Shown: positions 1 through 12,471 of the stretch, piece by piece | How positions within the stretch are numbered: position 1 is the first letter of the stretch | Layout of the letters: every line of letters starts with the position of its first letter | Assembly (NCBI RefSeq): GCF_016433145.1 | Contig: NC_058130.1 | Location: forward strand, 525,897,012-525,961,011 | Direction: 5' to 3' | From: Gracilinanus agilis | Lineage: Eukaryota | Length of the DNA stretch: 64,000 nt | Position numbers and translations under genes: made by a program | The notes under the pieces: model-generated | Databases searched by the model: none | Told to the model about the DNA's origin: nothing | What the model saw: only the letters and a program-made list of their open reading frames with translations

Positions 1-28
1 CGGAAAGTATGCGATAAACCTTAAAGCA

Positions 29-268
29 GGCAGCTGAATGTCTTTGTGGATAGAATGCTAGGCTTAAAGACTAGAAGACTGATCTTCCAGAGTATAATCT
101 GATCTCAGACACTTACTAGCTGTGTTATCCTAAACAAATGACTTAACCCTGTTGGCCTCAATTTTCTCATTTGTAAAATGAATGAGAGAAGAAAATACAA
201 ACCACTCCAGTACTTTTGCCAAGAAAACTCTAAATGGGGCCAGTGAAGAGCTGGACATGACTAAAATT
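29..268 (+). mobile_element. MAR1-type CORE-SINE (old)
   Basis: tRNA-like head, CORE block 'gacacttactagctgtgt...cctcaattttctcatttgtaaaatg', MAR1-type tail 'aaaccactccagtacttttgccaagaaaac'. Confidence 0.8.
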
Positions 269-1065
269 CCTCCAACCTTAAAGTAAATTAATCCTAGCTA
301 TAGTGTTTAAGTCTTTCATTTTAAAGATGAGAAACTGAGGCCCTAATGGCTAACGGGAGTCTTCCAATGTACATAAAGCTGAGTTTTAGAGAAGGAAGCA
401 TAGTATATAGAAGAATATGTCTTAGAATCAAAAGATGAGTTTGTTTCCTAGCTAAGACACTTAATTGTTATGTGACCCCTGGGCAAGACACTAAAAGTCT
501 TTAAGATTCCTTCTGTAAAATAGGATAATGATGCTTGCATTATTTGCTTCATGAGGAAAGTGCTTTGTAAACCCTAAAGTGCTATTTAAAATAGTAGTTA
601 TAATTGTAACGAGGGACTGGAGCACCACAGAGTGCATCAAAATGCTCAGCTGATATAAATTTCCCACTTGAGAAAGGTTGGGGAGTCTGCTTCCAGGACA
701 GTGTGATGATGTATAATGGAAGTGTCTTGTAGAGACACTGGGGCATAAATAGCCATTCTGTAACTAGCTCCAGTCTGCTAACCATGAAGTTAGGAGAAGC
801 CTTTTTGGTTGGAGGTAGCTTCAAAAAGTATGAGTAACTAGAACTCAGCTGTTCTTTTTGGCTCTCTCTTGGTTTGACTCTTTCACTGACAATGTCCAGG
901 GAGAGATGCCTCAGACCTTCTCCCCTCTGAGGTCACATCAATTTAACCTCATTGATTACTCCTTTCCCATTTTGGATGCAAGATACTTGTGAGTTTTAAA
1001 AGAAAATTAGCATCTAGGAGTCTAACCATACTAGGTTTTGCAGCAAGCTTAGTATCTCTAAAGGG

Positions 1066-1311
1066 TATCTAGGTGGTACAGGGGACAGAGAGCCAGACCT
1101 GGAGTTAGGAAAATCTAAGTTCGAATCTGGCCTTGGACACTTACTAGCTGTTTTGGGAAAATCACTTAATTCTGTTTGCCTCAGTTTCCTCATATGTAAA
1201 ATGAGCTGGAGAAGATAATGGCAAACTATTCTATTATCTTTGCCAAGAAAATCCCAAAAGGGTTCATGAAGCATCAGACACAACTGAAAATGACTCAACA
1301 ACATTAACAAC
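1066..1311 (+). mobile_element. MAR1-type CORE-SINE
   Basis: 'ctaggtggtacag...gttcgaatctggcc...cacttactagctg...cctcagtttcctc...gagctggagaag...ctttgccaagaaaatccc' ending in a (caa)-like tail. Confidence 0.85.
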
Positions 1312-1362
1312 ATCTATATCCCCAAGGAGCAAAGAATGGCAGTAGCCAAGATGAGGAATAAA

Positions 1363-1445
1363 ATGCTTGCTTTGGCAGCACATATACAAAAATTGGAATG
1401 ATACAGAGAAGATTAGCATGGACCCTGCACAATTATGACATACAA
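1363..1445 (+). pseudogene. RNU6: U6 snRNA pseudogene, 3'-truncated (about nt 1-83)
   Basis: 'tgcttgctttggcagcacatatacaaaaattggaatgatacagagaagattagcatggaccctgcacaattatgacatacaa' aligns colinearly to U6 with about 11 mismatches. ACAGAGA box intact, all five CpGs decayed, 3' stem and U-tail absent. Confidence 0.95.
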
Positions 1446-2693
1446 GATGAAGACTCAGCAGTTATACCATATCTAGACATCAATTTGGTGGAACAAAGGC
1501 ATGCAGAAATTGTGCCAGGAATAAGCTCATTCTTCCTCCCCCCCCCCAACTTAAATAGGTAAAGGGTAAGTGTGCAACCAAGGTGCTAGTGAAAATGTTT
1601 GTACTTAGTTTTTGTTACATACTTTGAGTAAATATCCCTTTGTAAAAGCTAATTGATATTAACTGGTTAAAAGGAACTGAGGTCCTAGATACTGGCACCT
1701 AACAGAAGAGGGAACACAATGGTGGTAGGACCTTGAGCCAATAGTACTAAAGACACCTCAAGAACTTCAGAATTTTACTTCTGCTTTAAGATTTTACAGT
1801 GTTCAGGAATTTATTACCTTTCAAGTAATATATTCCATTTTTGGATTGCCCTAGTTTGTAGGAAATTTTCCCTTATATTCAGTTCAAATCTATTTCCTTA
1901 TAACTTCTACCTATTGATCTTGATTCCTCCACAAGTAGCCAAAAGGAACAAGTTTAGTTATTCATCTCTATTAATTTCAGTCTATATTGCCATGTTTCTT
2001 CCAAAATGGTGACTGAATAACAAAAATTATAGCTACTATCTATACAGCATTTTAAGGGTTGTAAAGTTCTTTAAAAGATCCTCACAATAATCCAGTAAGG
2101 GAGGTGCTATTTTCAATCTCATTTTATAGAAAAGAAAACTTTACATTTTAAAATATGTTTTGTACTATGAGCAAAGTATCATTTTGGCCAGATTTTCATT
2201 CTTCAAGTTATGTTTTTACAAAAAGGAATTTTGTAAACCTCTTTTTGTCTTCAGTCCTTAGTTGTTTAAAACATTTTTCACTCTTCTGTACTAAACTTAT
2301 ATTACTGTACTTAAAAATAAGAAAATAGATAAACATGTTCACTTATCAAAATAAGGAATAAAGAGGCATATGAATGGTGTGACAAATGCAGATAGAGTGA
2401 ATTCTAGGTCAAAAAATTTCATTTTGGTATTTTAAAGATTTAAGTGATTTTCAATAAATCGTTTAAACCACTGACTAGATTAGGATTCCTATCCTTCATA
2501 GGCCCAAGTAGGCAATTTTATAGTTCTAAATAAAAGATAGCTTCTTGGTAAGCTCAGTATACTCTCTGAAATTTAAATCAGATGGTTACCTTTATCATCT
2601 CTACTATACAATTCCCTGAATTATTTCCAGTCTAGTTGGAATATTCTGTACTTAAACCACAAAGAGGAATCAGTTGAATTAATTATAACTTAC

Positions 2694-2787
2694 CAGAATT
2701 GGTTTCAATTTCTCCTCTTTTTAAGTCAATGGGCAACTGTTGTTTTTTTTTCCTTAGTGAAGGGGAAGAAATAATTGTTTTGATCAG
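2694..2787 (-). other. Candidate 94-nt exon (LIKTIISSPSLRKKKQQLPIDLKRGEIETNS)
   Basis: cttcttttttctcaaccaaaacttgtacag | exon | CTG-gtaagt. Confidence 0.25.
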
Positions 2788-3620
2788 CTGTACAAGTTTT
2801 GGTTGAGAAAAAAGAAGATAGTACAGACAGTCAGCTAATGTGCCAGGGGATTCTAAAACTTTCAATGACACGGCATTGGGTCTGTTTGTGTATCAGGATT
2901 CATTCAAGTATGCTGCATTTTGATGACACTTCATGGGTATTTTATTGTAGGAATCCCCTTCATGTATGGGTTGGACAAAATGTCCCTTCCAATTCTTTAG
3001 TTCTGTAATTCTTTACCTGGTTCTGTATCATCTTAATAGTTTCATTCCTTTAGCAATCATTTCTCAAGCATTTTTAATGTGTTCCTGCTGTGCTAGGAAT
3101 TGTTTGTTGTGTGTGGGAAGGGGAAATAAAAGAAGTGGAAGTCAGGGATTTTCTTTTATTTTAATTATAAGAATATAAGAAATTCAGTGTGTAGGCATTC
3201 CTTCATATATATATGGATTGTGCTTTTAACTAAAAGGCATAAGCAATACATCTAGAGTTGTTTTTCCAACAGTTGAGTTGGATTTTTGCAGATCCAATTC
3301 ATTCATAAGCCTTCAGCTACTCCTAAGTGTATCTTAGGACATGCATTTCCAATTCACCTTAATTGAGTTTGGGCACAATCCATAAGTTATTAGACAGAAT
3401 GAACTACCTAGCTTAGTTGAGGATCCAACTAGTGAACCCATTCTCAGAGTCCTGATATTGTAACCAGCTGAATTAGTCAGTCACTAGAACACATTCATGG
3501 CTTACTTGGGCCAATTGGTGTGCTCTCAAGCAGTGGCACTATAGGTTTTCTTCTTAAGATCTCCCTTTCAGATTTCAAAGGATGCCCTCCCTCCTCTTTA
3601 TTTCTTTTTGTTTCTTTGAT

Positions 3621-4114
3621 TCTTCCTTCCTTCCTTCCTTCCTTCCTTCCTTCCTTCCTTCCTTCCTTCCTTCCTTCCTTCCTTCCTTCCTTCCTTCCTT
3701 CTTTCNNNNNNNNNNNNNNNNNNNNNNNNNNNNNNNNNNNNNNNNNNNNNNNNNNNNNNNNNNNNNNNNNNNNNNNNNNNNNNNNNNNNNNNNNNNNNNN
3801 NNNNNNNNNNNNNNNNNNNNNNNNNNNNNNNNNNNNNNNNNNNNNNNNNNNNNNNNNNNNNNNNNNNNNNNNNNNNNNNNNNNNNNNNNNNNNNNNNNNN
3901 NNNNNNNNNNNNNNNNNNNNNNNNNNNNNNNNNNNNNNNNNNNNNNNNNNNNNNNNNNNNNNNNNNNNNNNNNNNNNNNNNNNNNNNNNNNNNNNNNNNN
4001 NNNNNNNNNNNNNNNNNNNNNNNNNNNNNNNNNNNNNNNNNNNNNCTCTCCCCCCTTCCTTCCTCCCTTCCTTCCTTCCTTCCTTCCTTCCTTCCTTCCT
4101 TCCTTCCTTCCTTC
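3621..4114. repeat. (TTCC)n microsatellite spanning a 340-N assembly gap (3706-4045)
   Basis: Pure TTCC arrays on both sides of the N run. Confidence 0.97.
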
Positions 4115-4371
4115 CTCTCTCTAGCCAATGTTCTTCCATGTTAACTCTACACCAGCCCAAAGATGCTTTCCAGTTTTGTTGCTATAGCCAGAAAAATTCT
4201 AATTAATTGCTTTATCTTCATACAGAAACTGCTTCACTTAAGTCAAGTTACTTTCTATTATTTGGACCTGGATTCTAATGAGCTTTTCCAGTTCATTTTG
4301 GTTGCTTTAACCTAGAAGTTAGTAACCCTCCCTTTATGTACTGTGATGATGATGTCTCAAAAGTTAATGCA

Positions 4372-4535
4372 ATGACTACATATATACATATATGTCTAAA
4401 AAATGCCAAGTTGCTTTGCCTTCTCAAGGAGGGGGAAGAAAGGGAAAGAGTAAATTTAGAACTCAAAATTTTAAAAAGTGAATGTTAAAAAATTTTGTTT
4501 ACGTGAAATTAAGAAAAATTAAATGTAAAAAATGT
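4372..4535 (+). mobile_element. L1 3'-end fragment
   Basis: 'ttgctttgccttctcaaggaggggg...gaactcaaaattttaaaaagtgaatgttaaaaaattttgtttac' resembles marsupial L1 3' UTR end. Confidence 0.65.
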
Positions 4536-5799
4536 TAATGCAAGTTCCTACAGGTGATCAGGGACACAAGTTCACATTAAAATAAAGTTCTGCTTTTTTT
4601 CTGAAACTGATTAGGGGTAGAAAAAAGAAGAAAAGAAGAAAACTATACCATTGGATCTGCCAATAATTATATTATTTCATAGTTTCCTTTATTTAAATAG
4701 AACAGTAAATAGAACTCTTTAAACATATCTCATTCATATAAAAGCTCATATTTGAGAATTTTTCTCATTCCATTTCAAGGAGAAGAAACTGAAGAACCTT
4801 TCTAATTACTAGTGAACAAGGAAATGAAAGAGTCTGGGCACAAAAAGGCCAGACATTATTTTTTTGTTATAAACATCTGAGAATTAGCCTAGGTACTGTG
4901 ATAGTAGTTTAAATTTCCCAGGACAACTTTTCTTGGACTTTTCCTTTGTATCATAGTTACTTGTTTAGCTATTCTCCTCCTTCTGAATACAGAGTATAAG
5001 ATCTTTAAGAATCAAGTTTATGGTACACTTGCATACATTGAACATTTAATAAATGTGTTGAATTGTTGCATTTCAAATCTTTTCTTCCTCTAATTAAAAA
5101 CTAGCTACCACATGTTGGATTGCTTTTGTTTGTTCAGCCTCAGCAGCTCATAAAGAAGTCAATCAGTATCAAGGATCTTTTGAAGTACTGAAGGATATGA
5201 AAAAAAAAATCCAGCCACAGTGCTATCATTTACACAAGAACCTTAGCCATAAAACTCATTTGCTGTCGGTGCTGGCATTTTTCAATTGCAGATAATCCTA
5301 GTAAGGCTGCTTTTCCATTAAGTACTCTAGTGCCTTTATTCCCATGTTTACCCATAAAAAACTTTATCTGATCAATAGCTGCCTCCTTGATCTATTCATT
5401 TATTCATTCAACATTACAAACAAATGAGCAAGCCAAAAAGATCTGAGTCAGCCCCTCCCAAAATATGGAAGAATGTCATGTGTACAAAAATGCAAATGTA
5501 GCTGATTTTGGTCAGGTTGAAGATAATTTAAGGGGAATGGTTTGATGAAAGTAGTCTTTTAAGACGAATGGGGTGACAGTGCTGTGCCCTGTGGTTTGGT
5601 AGAGATTAGAGGAAAAGAGATCAGGAAGGAAATTATTAAGGAAATCTAAGCATGAAGTCATAAGGGCTTGGTATGTGTTGACAAGAACTCTGAATAAGTT
5701 TGTGGCAGTGGAACTAAAGAGGAAAGGTCAAACTCAAGAATGAAGAAATGATAGGTCTCTGTCTATGAAATGCAGATAATGAAAGACTCTAAAATCACA

Positions 5800-6480
5800 T
5801 ATTATAGAACTGAAACAGCCTTCAAAACATTATCTAGTCCAGCTCCTGCACTCCCCTGCTAAGGAATCTACAAAACCTCTATATTGTCTATGTACAGAAT
5901 TGTTCAGACCCCTTTATTAGGCTTTCAAGTCTCTATATATCACCACTGAGTTTAGTTTGTAAAGAGGCAATTAAATCTAACCAGTCTCTGAAAAAAAACT
6001 TCTCTACAATTTCCCAACAAGTAATCACCTGGACTTTGCTTAAGAACCCTACTAACTCCTTAAAGAGTCCATTCCACTTTTGAGATGGTTGTAATTGCTA
6101 GGAAGAATTTTCTTCACTAATATTAAATCTGTCTGCTTGCAATTTCCATTATTTTATTCCTAGATATGCCTTCTGAAGCCAATAGAACAAGTCTAAAAAT
6201 TCCCATTTTCAGCTGACAATCCTTCGGATACTTGAATTCGACTATTATTTTCCCTCCCTAAGTCTTTTCTCCTCTAAACTAAACATTTCTATTTCCTTCA
6301 TGGGATCCTTATACTTTATGATCTTGGGACCTTACATCATTTTGATTGCTCTTCTCCAGACACTGAAGTTTATCAGTGGAACACACCTAACTGTACACAA
6401 TTCTCCAGATGTGGTCTGGGGGTGGCAAGGTTCTATGGTACTACCTCCTCTGTCTTGGGCACAATATGTTGTAACATAGC
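5800..6480 (-). mobile_element. L3/CR1 LINE fragment(s)
   Basis: Reverse complement of the L3 3' region: 'ccattccacttttgagatggttgtaattgctaggaag...aatagaacaagtctaa...ccagatgtggtctg'. Confidence 0.7.
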
Positions 6481-6879
6481 CTAGGAAGGAAGGAAGGGAA
6501 TTAGTATTTATTAAGCGCCTATTATAGGCCAGGCATTGTGCCAAGTGCTGTGAAAAATTAACAGTAGCTTGTACCCTTTTCTTTGTTACTCTAAGAATAA
6601 TTTTAGATTTTAAAAAGAGAAAAGTTTTGATATTAAGTTTGAAGTAACTCCACTCTGACTGAATGAAGTAGCTACTTGTCTCATCATCTAAGTATATCAA
6701 GATAGTGGATCCCTGCTGGGATCATACTGACCACACACCATGCCAAACACAAACCCACAAAACAAATAACAAAAATGAAAGAGAAATAAACACTCCACAA
6801 GTCAGAAAATGAAACAGAGAGTAAAATTTTATAAAAAATTTTTAAAATGTCCAAGAAAAAAAAAGAAAAAGAAAAACAT

Positions 6880-7035
6880 ACCTGTGGAGTAGGTATACCA
6901 TTTTACAGTTGAGGAAACCAAGGTAAACATAGGTTAAGTGACTTGGACAGGGTTATATTCTAGAAAGTATCTGAGGTCAGATTTGAATCCAGGACTTCCT
7001 GTTTGGCTCTCAGTCCACTGAACCACCTCTCTGTC
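6880..7035 (-). mobile_element. MIR/MAR1 CORE-SINE fragment
   Basis: 'ccattttacagttgaggaaaccaagg...ggttaagtgacttg...atttgaatccaggacttcctg'. Confidence 0.7.
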
Positions 7036-7104
7036 CCCCGCAATAGATAACTTTTACAAGAATTTTTACAGGATTCATTTTTACTTTCAGTTCTAAATTC
7101 TATC

Positions 7105-8155
7105 CCATTCTTTGGCCCCTCCTCTCCCTATTGAGAAGGCAAGAAATATAACCATTTTACATTTGAAGTCAAGTAAAACATATTTCCATATCAGTCACAT
7201 TATGAATAAAAAGAAAAAAGAAAGGAAAAATATGTTTCAGTCTAGATTCTGGATCCATCACTTATCTTTCTGGAGGTGGATAGAATTTTATATTATGTAT
7301 ATTTAGAGTTGCAGTGGAACACTATATGTTTCAGAGGTACTAAAACCCTCACCATGGAATATCTTTACAATATTTTTATTGTACAATATTGTATAACATA
7401 ACAAAAATTATTATAATATATTTACAATATCTTTGCAAAGTTGCTGTTACTATACAATGTTTTTCTGATTCTGTTCACTTTATTTTGTTTCAGTTCATAA
7501 AATTTTATTTGATTTTTTAAAAACTCCATCCTCTTCATCATTTCTTATGATACAAAAGTATCCCATCATATTCTTAGCATAACTTGTTTGGCCATTGCCC
7601 AATTGATATGTAATTCTTTAGTGCCTAATAATTTGTCACCATGATAAGAACTTCTACGAATATTTTTGTACATATGTATCCTTTGCTATTTTTCTTTGAT
7701 CTCCTGGGGCAGCGATGGGCAAACTATGGCCTGTGGGCCAGACTGGGGGTGGGCAAATGTTCTATCTGGCCTGGGATATTATTCCTAAACTGATGAATAC
7801 AATGCAATGGAACTTCAAAAGAGTTGCCTTAGAAACAGACTGACAGATGAGCATTTCCTTTCCTTTGGCCCCCTCTTTAAAAAGTTTGCCCATCACTGTC
7901 CTAAGGGTATAGTCCTAGTAATGGCATTGTAAGCTCAAATGGTATGCATAGCCTTTGGACAAAGTTCCAAATTATTCTCCAGAATGATTGGACCAGTTAG
8001 TTCATAACTCCACTAATAATCATTCCACATCTCCTTCAGCATTTGTTATTTTACTTTTCTGTTATGTTCACCAATCTGAGAGGAGTGATGTGGTACCTGA
8101 GAGTTGTTTTATTTTGCATTTCTCTAATCAATATTGATTTAGACCTTTTTTTAAT
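7105..8155 (-). mobile_element. L1 fragment (ORF2 3' end and 3' UTR), interrupted by a hAT MITE
   Basis: 'ccacatctccttcagcatttg...ccaatctgagaggagtgatgtggtacctgagagttgttttattttgcatttctctaatc' is antisense L1 ORF2 C-terminal region. Confidence 0.8.
7710..7898 (+). mobile_element. Non-autonomous hAT (Charlie-group) MITE, 189 bp
   Basis: 15-bp TIRs CAGCGATGGGCAAAC / GTTTGCCCATCACTG; degenerate 8-bp TSD tcctgggg / tcctaagg; second copy at 42502. Confidence 0.92.
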
Positions 8156-9112
8156 GTCCTCCTCCTCCTGTAATGTACTATTGATTTAGAGGGTTGTGTT
8201 AGGAGAACTCCCACAAAAAAATGTTCAGTTCTCTCTGCCATCTTGGCTCCACCTCTAAGATACCTTTTTTGAATATGGATTGTCACCCAGTGTCATTGCT
8301 ATTGCTCTTAGCTTTGAGTTACCTGCTCATTTGACAAGTATGACTTTCATCTATCTTCCTCCAAGTCACTGATAAAAATGATAAACAGCACAGGACTTAA
8401 TATAGATCCCTGGAGGCACTCCACTGTAGAATGACCTCCTTCTAAATTGATATTTAACCATTAATAACTATTCTTTGAATGAAGCCATTCAACTATATGA
8501 ATCTTATCATCTGTAACATTGTCTAGCCTGCTTTTATCTTATTTACTTTTGGTAGGGACGGAAGGGGAATAAAACCTTGCACTAATAAAACTAATGTGCA
8601 TAATTGTATATAGGTAAAATTATATATAGGTAAATCACAGAATTAGTGATTCAGAAATAGAAAACTGTTTTGGGCACATTGAAAAAAATATTCTTGGATC
8701 ACTAGAATAGCAGCTCAGGTACTAGGACAACCAGAATTGAATTGCACTTCTGAAAATACAGGTCTTTATAATAGTTTAGATCATTATAAAAAGAAATTCT
8801 AAATTGGGATTGCTTCCAATCTTCCTAAATAAACAAGCCTAAATTTTGTTTTTAGAAGTGGCACAGTCTTTAATGGATAAATCAGAGCAGCCATTTTTCA
8901 GTCTGACTTTTAGAAATGTAGTCATTGATATAAAAGTCCATGTACAGCAAAAGAGTAAATAGGCATGAAGTGAAACAAAAAGCAATACAGTACTTCAGCA
9001 ACTATATTTATTCTGACTTCTTAAAAAAAAAGAAAAACAATTGTTGAATCAGAAATTTTGGTGATTTTTTTTCTTGTGAAAAATGATTCAAATAGAATAC
9101 AACACTTCTTAC

Positions 9113-9194
9113 TTTCTCAGTTTCCATCCTTCTGCTGAATATACCCTTTCGAGGTTTGTTTGTATATTGATTGATAGAAAAGATGGGAAAGATG
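9113..9194 (-). other. Candidate 82-nt exon
   Basis: aaattctttcag | exon | AAA-gtaaga. Confidence 0.22.
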
Positions 9195-10958
9195 CTGAAA
9201 GAATTTCGAATTTAGAAATTACCAGAGAGAGCACACTTTGCACAATTCTACCTTTCCCTATGAAGACTAGCATGAAAACAGAAAGAGCACAGAAGAGGAT
9301 AAAGCTTTTTTCCTGCCCCTTTTAATATTATGGGATGCAAGAAGGGGGCTTTTTGGGAGGGGGAGGGGAAAAAAAGCACTGAACTTTAAGTAAAAAGATA
9401 TGACCAGATGATCCAAACTGGGTCACATTGGGAAAGTCACTTAACCTGTCTAGGATGCCATTTCTTCCTCTATAAGAGGCAGGGCTTAGATTTGATTTCT
9501 AAAGTTTCTTAATTCTCGAAAATTCTGGGATTCTTCATTTTCTCTCCTGGCTAAAGCTACTCTCAAGCTTCTGGCAATTTACCTAGTTGCCAGAAACAAT
9601 CTCCTTCTGATGTTTCTGAAGTGCTACAAGCACATCTCTATTGTGAATACAGTTGTGATTCACACACTAGGAAAAGAACTGTTATTTGAACACAGCTGTT
9701 GACTTAACATCCCTGGTAAATGGCCCCCTTTTTTGGATGAGGTGGCTTGTGGGCTCAATATCTGAAAATCTTGTCACTGTGCCTGAGCACTATTGAGTGG
9801 AAGTGGGTGGCTTAAAGTATCCTTTCTGGGCTTTATCCCAGTCAATTCTCCCCAATGGCTCAGTTGTTGCTTTCCTCTATAGCCTCTTTCCAGCAGAGAT
9901 TGCTAATGTTACCTCAATATTTAAAAATATTTATGATTTCATCAGTGGAGGGGAATATACACCTCACTAAAGCAGATCATATAGCTTTTATGAATTTTTT
10001 TCATTTAGATCTGTGATTTCATCAGTAAGGAACTTCTAATGTAGAATCTCCCTCCTATGATGCAAAAAATAATTCTTTAACATATTCTTTGTGGGTTGCC
10101 TGGGGCAAAGAAGCATTAAAAAACTTTACCCAGACTCATATGTGGTATGTTAAAGGTTGGACTTGAATCCAGGTGTGTTGACTCTAGGACTGTTACTCTG
10201 TTCACTTCTTATTTTCAATTACGGTGGCCAACAACAATAACAATAACTATCTGGGAGCCAACTACATGCAAAATTTAGCTAAGCTGGTCCTCAAATGATA
10301 GAAGTATCTGACTGGCTATTCCCACATTCAAAGTCTTTTTGGGAGGAACTGCCAAAATTTGACTCCTTTGAATGAATTCAAATTGTGGGATTAGGTTAGG
10401 AAAACCCAGACACTAAGATGAAACAAAACTTTATTTACATTCAGTCTTTAAATTTAGTTTGTACATAAATTTGTGGGTCTGAAGTTAGAGAATTACTCAA
10501 CAAATCTTCATTCAGTTTCACTTCTTACACTGCAAATATTTTCTCTGCTATATACTATTTCAGAGAACTAGAAAAGAATTTCTACTTTCTCAATAAATCA
10601 TAATAGCAAAAATTATTTTTTCATCTTTTAGTTGTATTAGAATAACTTTGGAAAAGCCATGCCTTGGTCTACAATATCCACATCCCCTATTAAAAACAAT
10701 AAACCCCACAGATTAAACACACACATACAAACCCCTAAACCAAACAAAAATCTCCAAAGGCAGGCCAGGCTCTCTTTTCTCCAGAAACATCAGAAGCACC
10801 TGAAATTCTTGTGTAAGAAACAGGACTGAGCTAATATACAACATAATCCTTTGTGTTGAACAGTAGGCAAATGAGATGGGAAGGAATGAAATAAGTCTGT
10901 GGGTGCCTTTGTTGAGTAGCAGTCTCAAAGAAACCGTAAGATAGCCAGCTGCTCTTAC

Positions 10959-10999
10959 AAACACTCTATGACGTGGTTGAGTAAAAATGCATGTGAACA
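10959..10999 (-). other. Candidate 41-nt exon
   Basis: Very strong acceptor tttttttttcttctttctttcag | exon | TTT-gtaaga. Confidence 0.28.
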
Positions 11000-11414
11000 C
11001 TGAAAGAAAGAAGAAAAAAAAACCTTTCCTTTTTTAACCTAATGAAACATTGCTCTATGAACAACCAAAATGTCTTCTTACAAAGTGAATTCTGTCATAA
11101 TGCAACCAATTATATAATATAAAGAAGATAATGTCCACTTTTAAAAAATGTTAACTAGTACACAAATTGAGAAAAGTAGTTCTGACTAATCTTCATAACA
11201 CTGACACTTTATGAGTAACTTTGACAGTGCATATCTGATATACTTAAGGCAAGTAAATTCATTCAATGTTCAATATGGTACAGAAGGCACTGAAAAGGGC
11301 ACGTCAATCAACTATTCCATTGTTCCTGAGATCTCCTAGACCAAAAATATCATATTTTACCCAGCATTCCTTAATATGTGTTCTCTCCTCTAATAAAAAT
11401 ACAATCTACTCTAT

Positions 11415-11575
11415 TACAAAAATGTATAATATGGTAATAGGTTTTGAATGATAATACATGTACAATTGCTCATCAACTCCAGAAGTGGGGAAAGAAGAAG
11501 GGAGGGAGACAACAAGAATCATGTAACCATGGAAAAATATTTTAAAAATTAAATTATGTTTAAAAAATTAAAATA
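11415..11575 (+). mobile_element. L1 3'-end fragment
   Basis: 'aatatggtaataggttttgaatgataatacatgtacaa...gggagggagacaacaagaatcatgtaaccatggaaaaatattttaaa'. Confidence 0.7.
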
Positions 11576-11589
11576 TAATCTCCTTAAGT

Positions 11590-12070
11590 GAAGGGACTGC
11601 CTTGCTTTTGAACTCGAATGCTTAAAGTTTTGCTCAGTGTTTTCTGTTGTTCATTCACTCCCTCATAACATTCTTATAATACTTAAATACAGTTATATCA
11701 TGTCCCACCCCATTTCCAACTCAGTCTTCTATTTTCCATTTGAAACACTTCCAGTTTTTTCAACTGATCCCCATATGACATAAACTTAATCCCCTTTGGA
11801 TACTCTCCCATTTAGAATTGTCTTTTTAAAATTGGGACATTTAGAACCAAAAACTCTTCTCTAGATATAGTCTGATGAGTATTGGCAAAAACAGCTTTCT
11901 CTTTGAAGCTCTCAAACACTCAAATGCTTGCTTCCAAATTATTTGTTTTTATAAAAGCCAAACAGGACATAACTAAGCCACTTCAACCAATCCCAACATA
12001 CTTCGCACATAATATCTCATCTCATCCATTAGCTGAAAGTGTACCATTTCTCCCCAACTTGATTCTAGGT
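11590..12070 (-). mobile_element. L3/CR1 LINE fragment
   Basis: 'atacttaaatacagttatatcatgtc...ttccagttttttcaactgatccccatatgac...ctctagatatagtctga' typical antisense L3. Confidence 0.6.
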
Positions 12071-12281
12071 TAACACTGAGTTTTTGAAATGGGATAACAT
12101 AGGTAAAGTTGTTTAAAGAGCTTTACAATTCTTAAATCCTATATAAATGTTAGCTATTATTATAATTATTGGTTGTTCACATTTAGGTCAATGTCTTTGA
12201 TTAATTCAATAGAGATGTCTTTTTTTGTGCTTCAGTTCATACCTCTGATTGATTTAATTGCAGTCTAGGCCCTCTATTATT

Positions 12282-12471
12282 ATTTTTTTTTATTTTAAAC
12301 CCTTAACTTCTGGGTATTGACTTATAGGTGGAAGATTGGCAAGGGTAGGCAATGGGGGTCAAGTGACTTGCCCAGGGTCACACAGCTGGGAAGTGTCTGA
12401 GGCTGGATTTGAACCTAGGACCTCCTGTCTCTAGGCCTGGCTCTCAATCCACTGAGCTACCCAGCTGCCCC
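12282..12471 (-). mobile_element. SINE1_Mdo-type SINE (young)
   Basis: Near-consensus 'ggggcagctgggtagctcagtggattgagagccaggcctagag...' on the minus strand with short 'agaagttaagggtttaaaa' tail; flanking 'ctattatt' repeats. Confidence 0.93.

Noticed and set aside
3495-4206. Four longest ORFs in the track (176-228 aa)
   Set aside because: Artefacts of the (TTCC)n repeat and the N gap.
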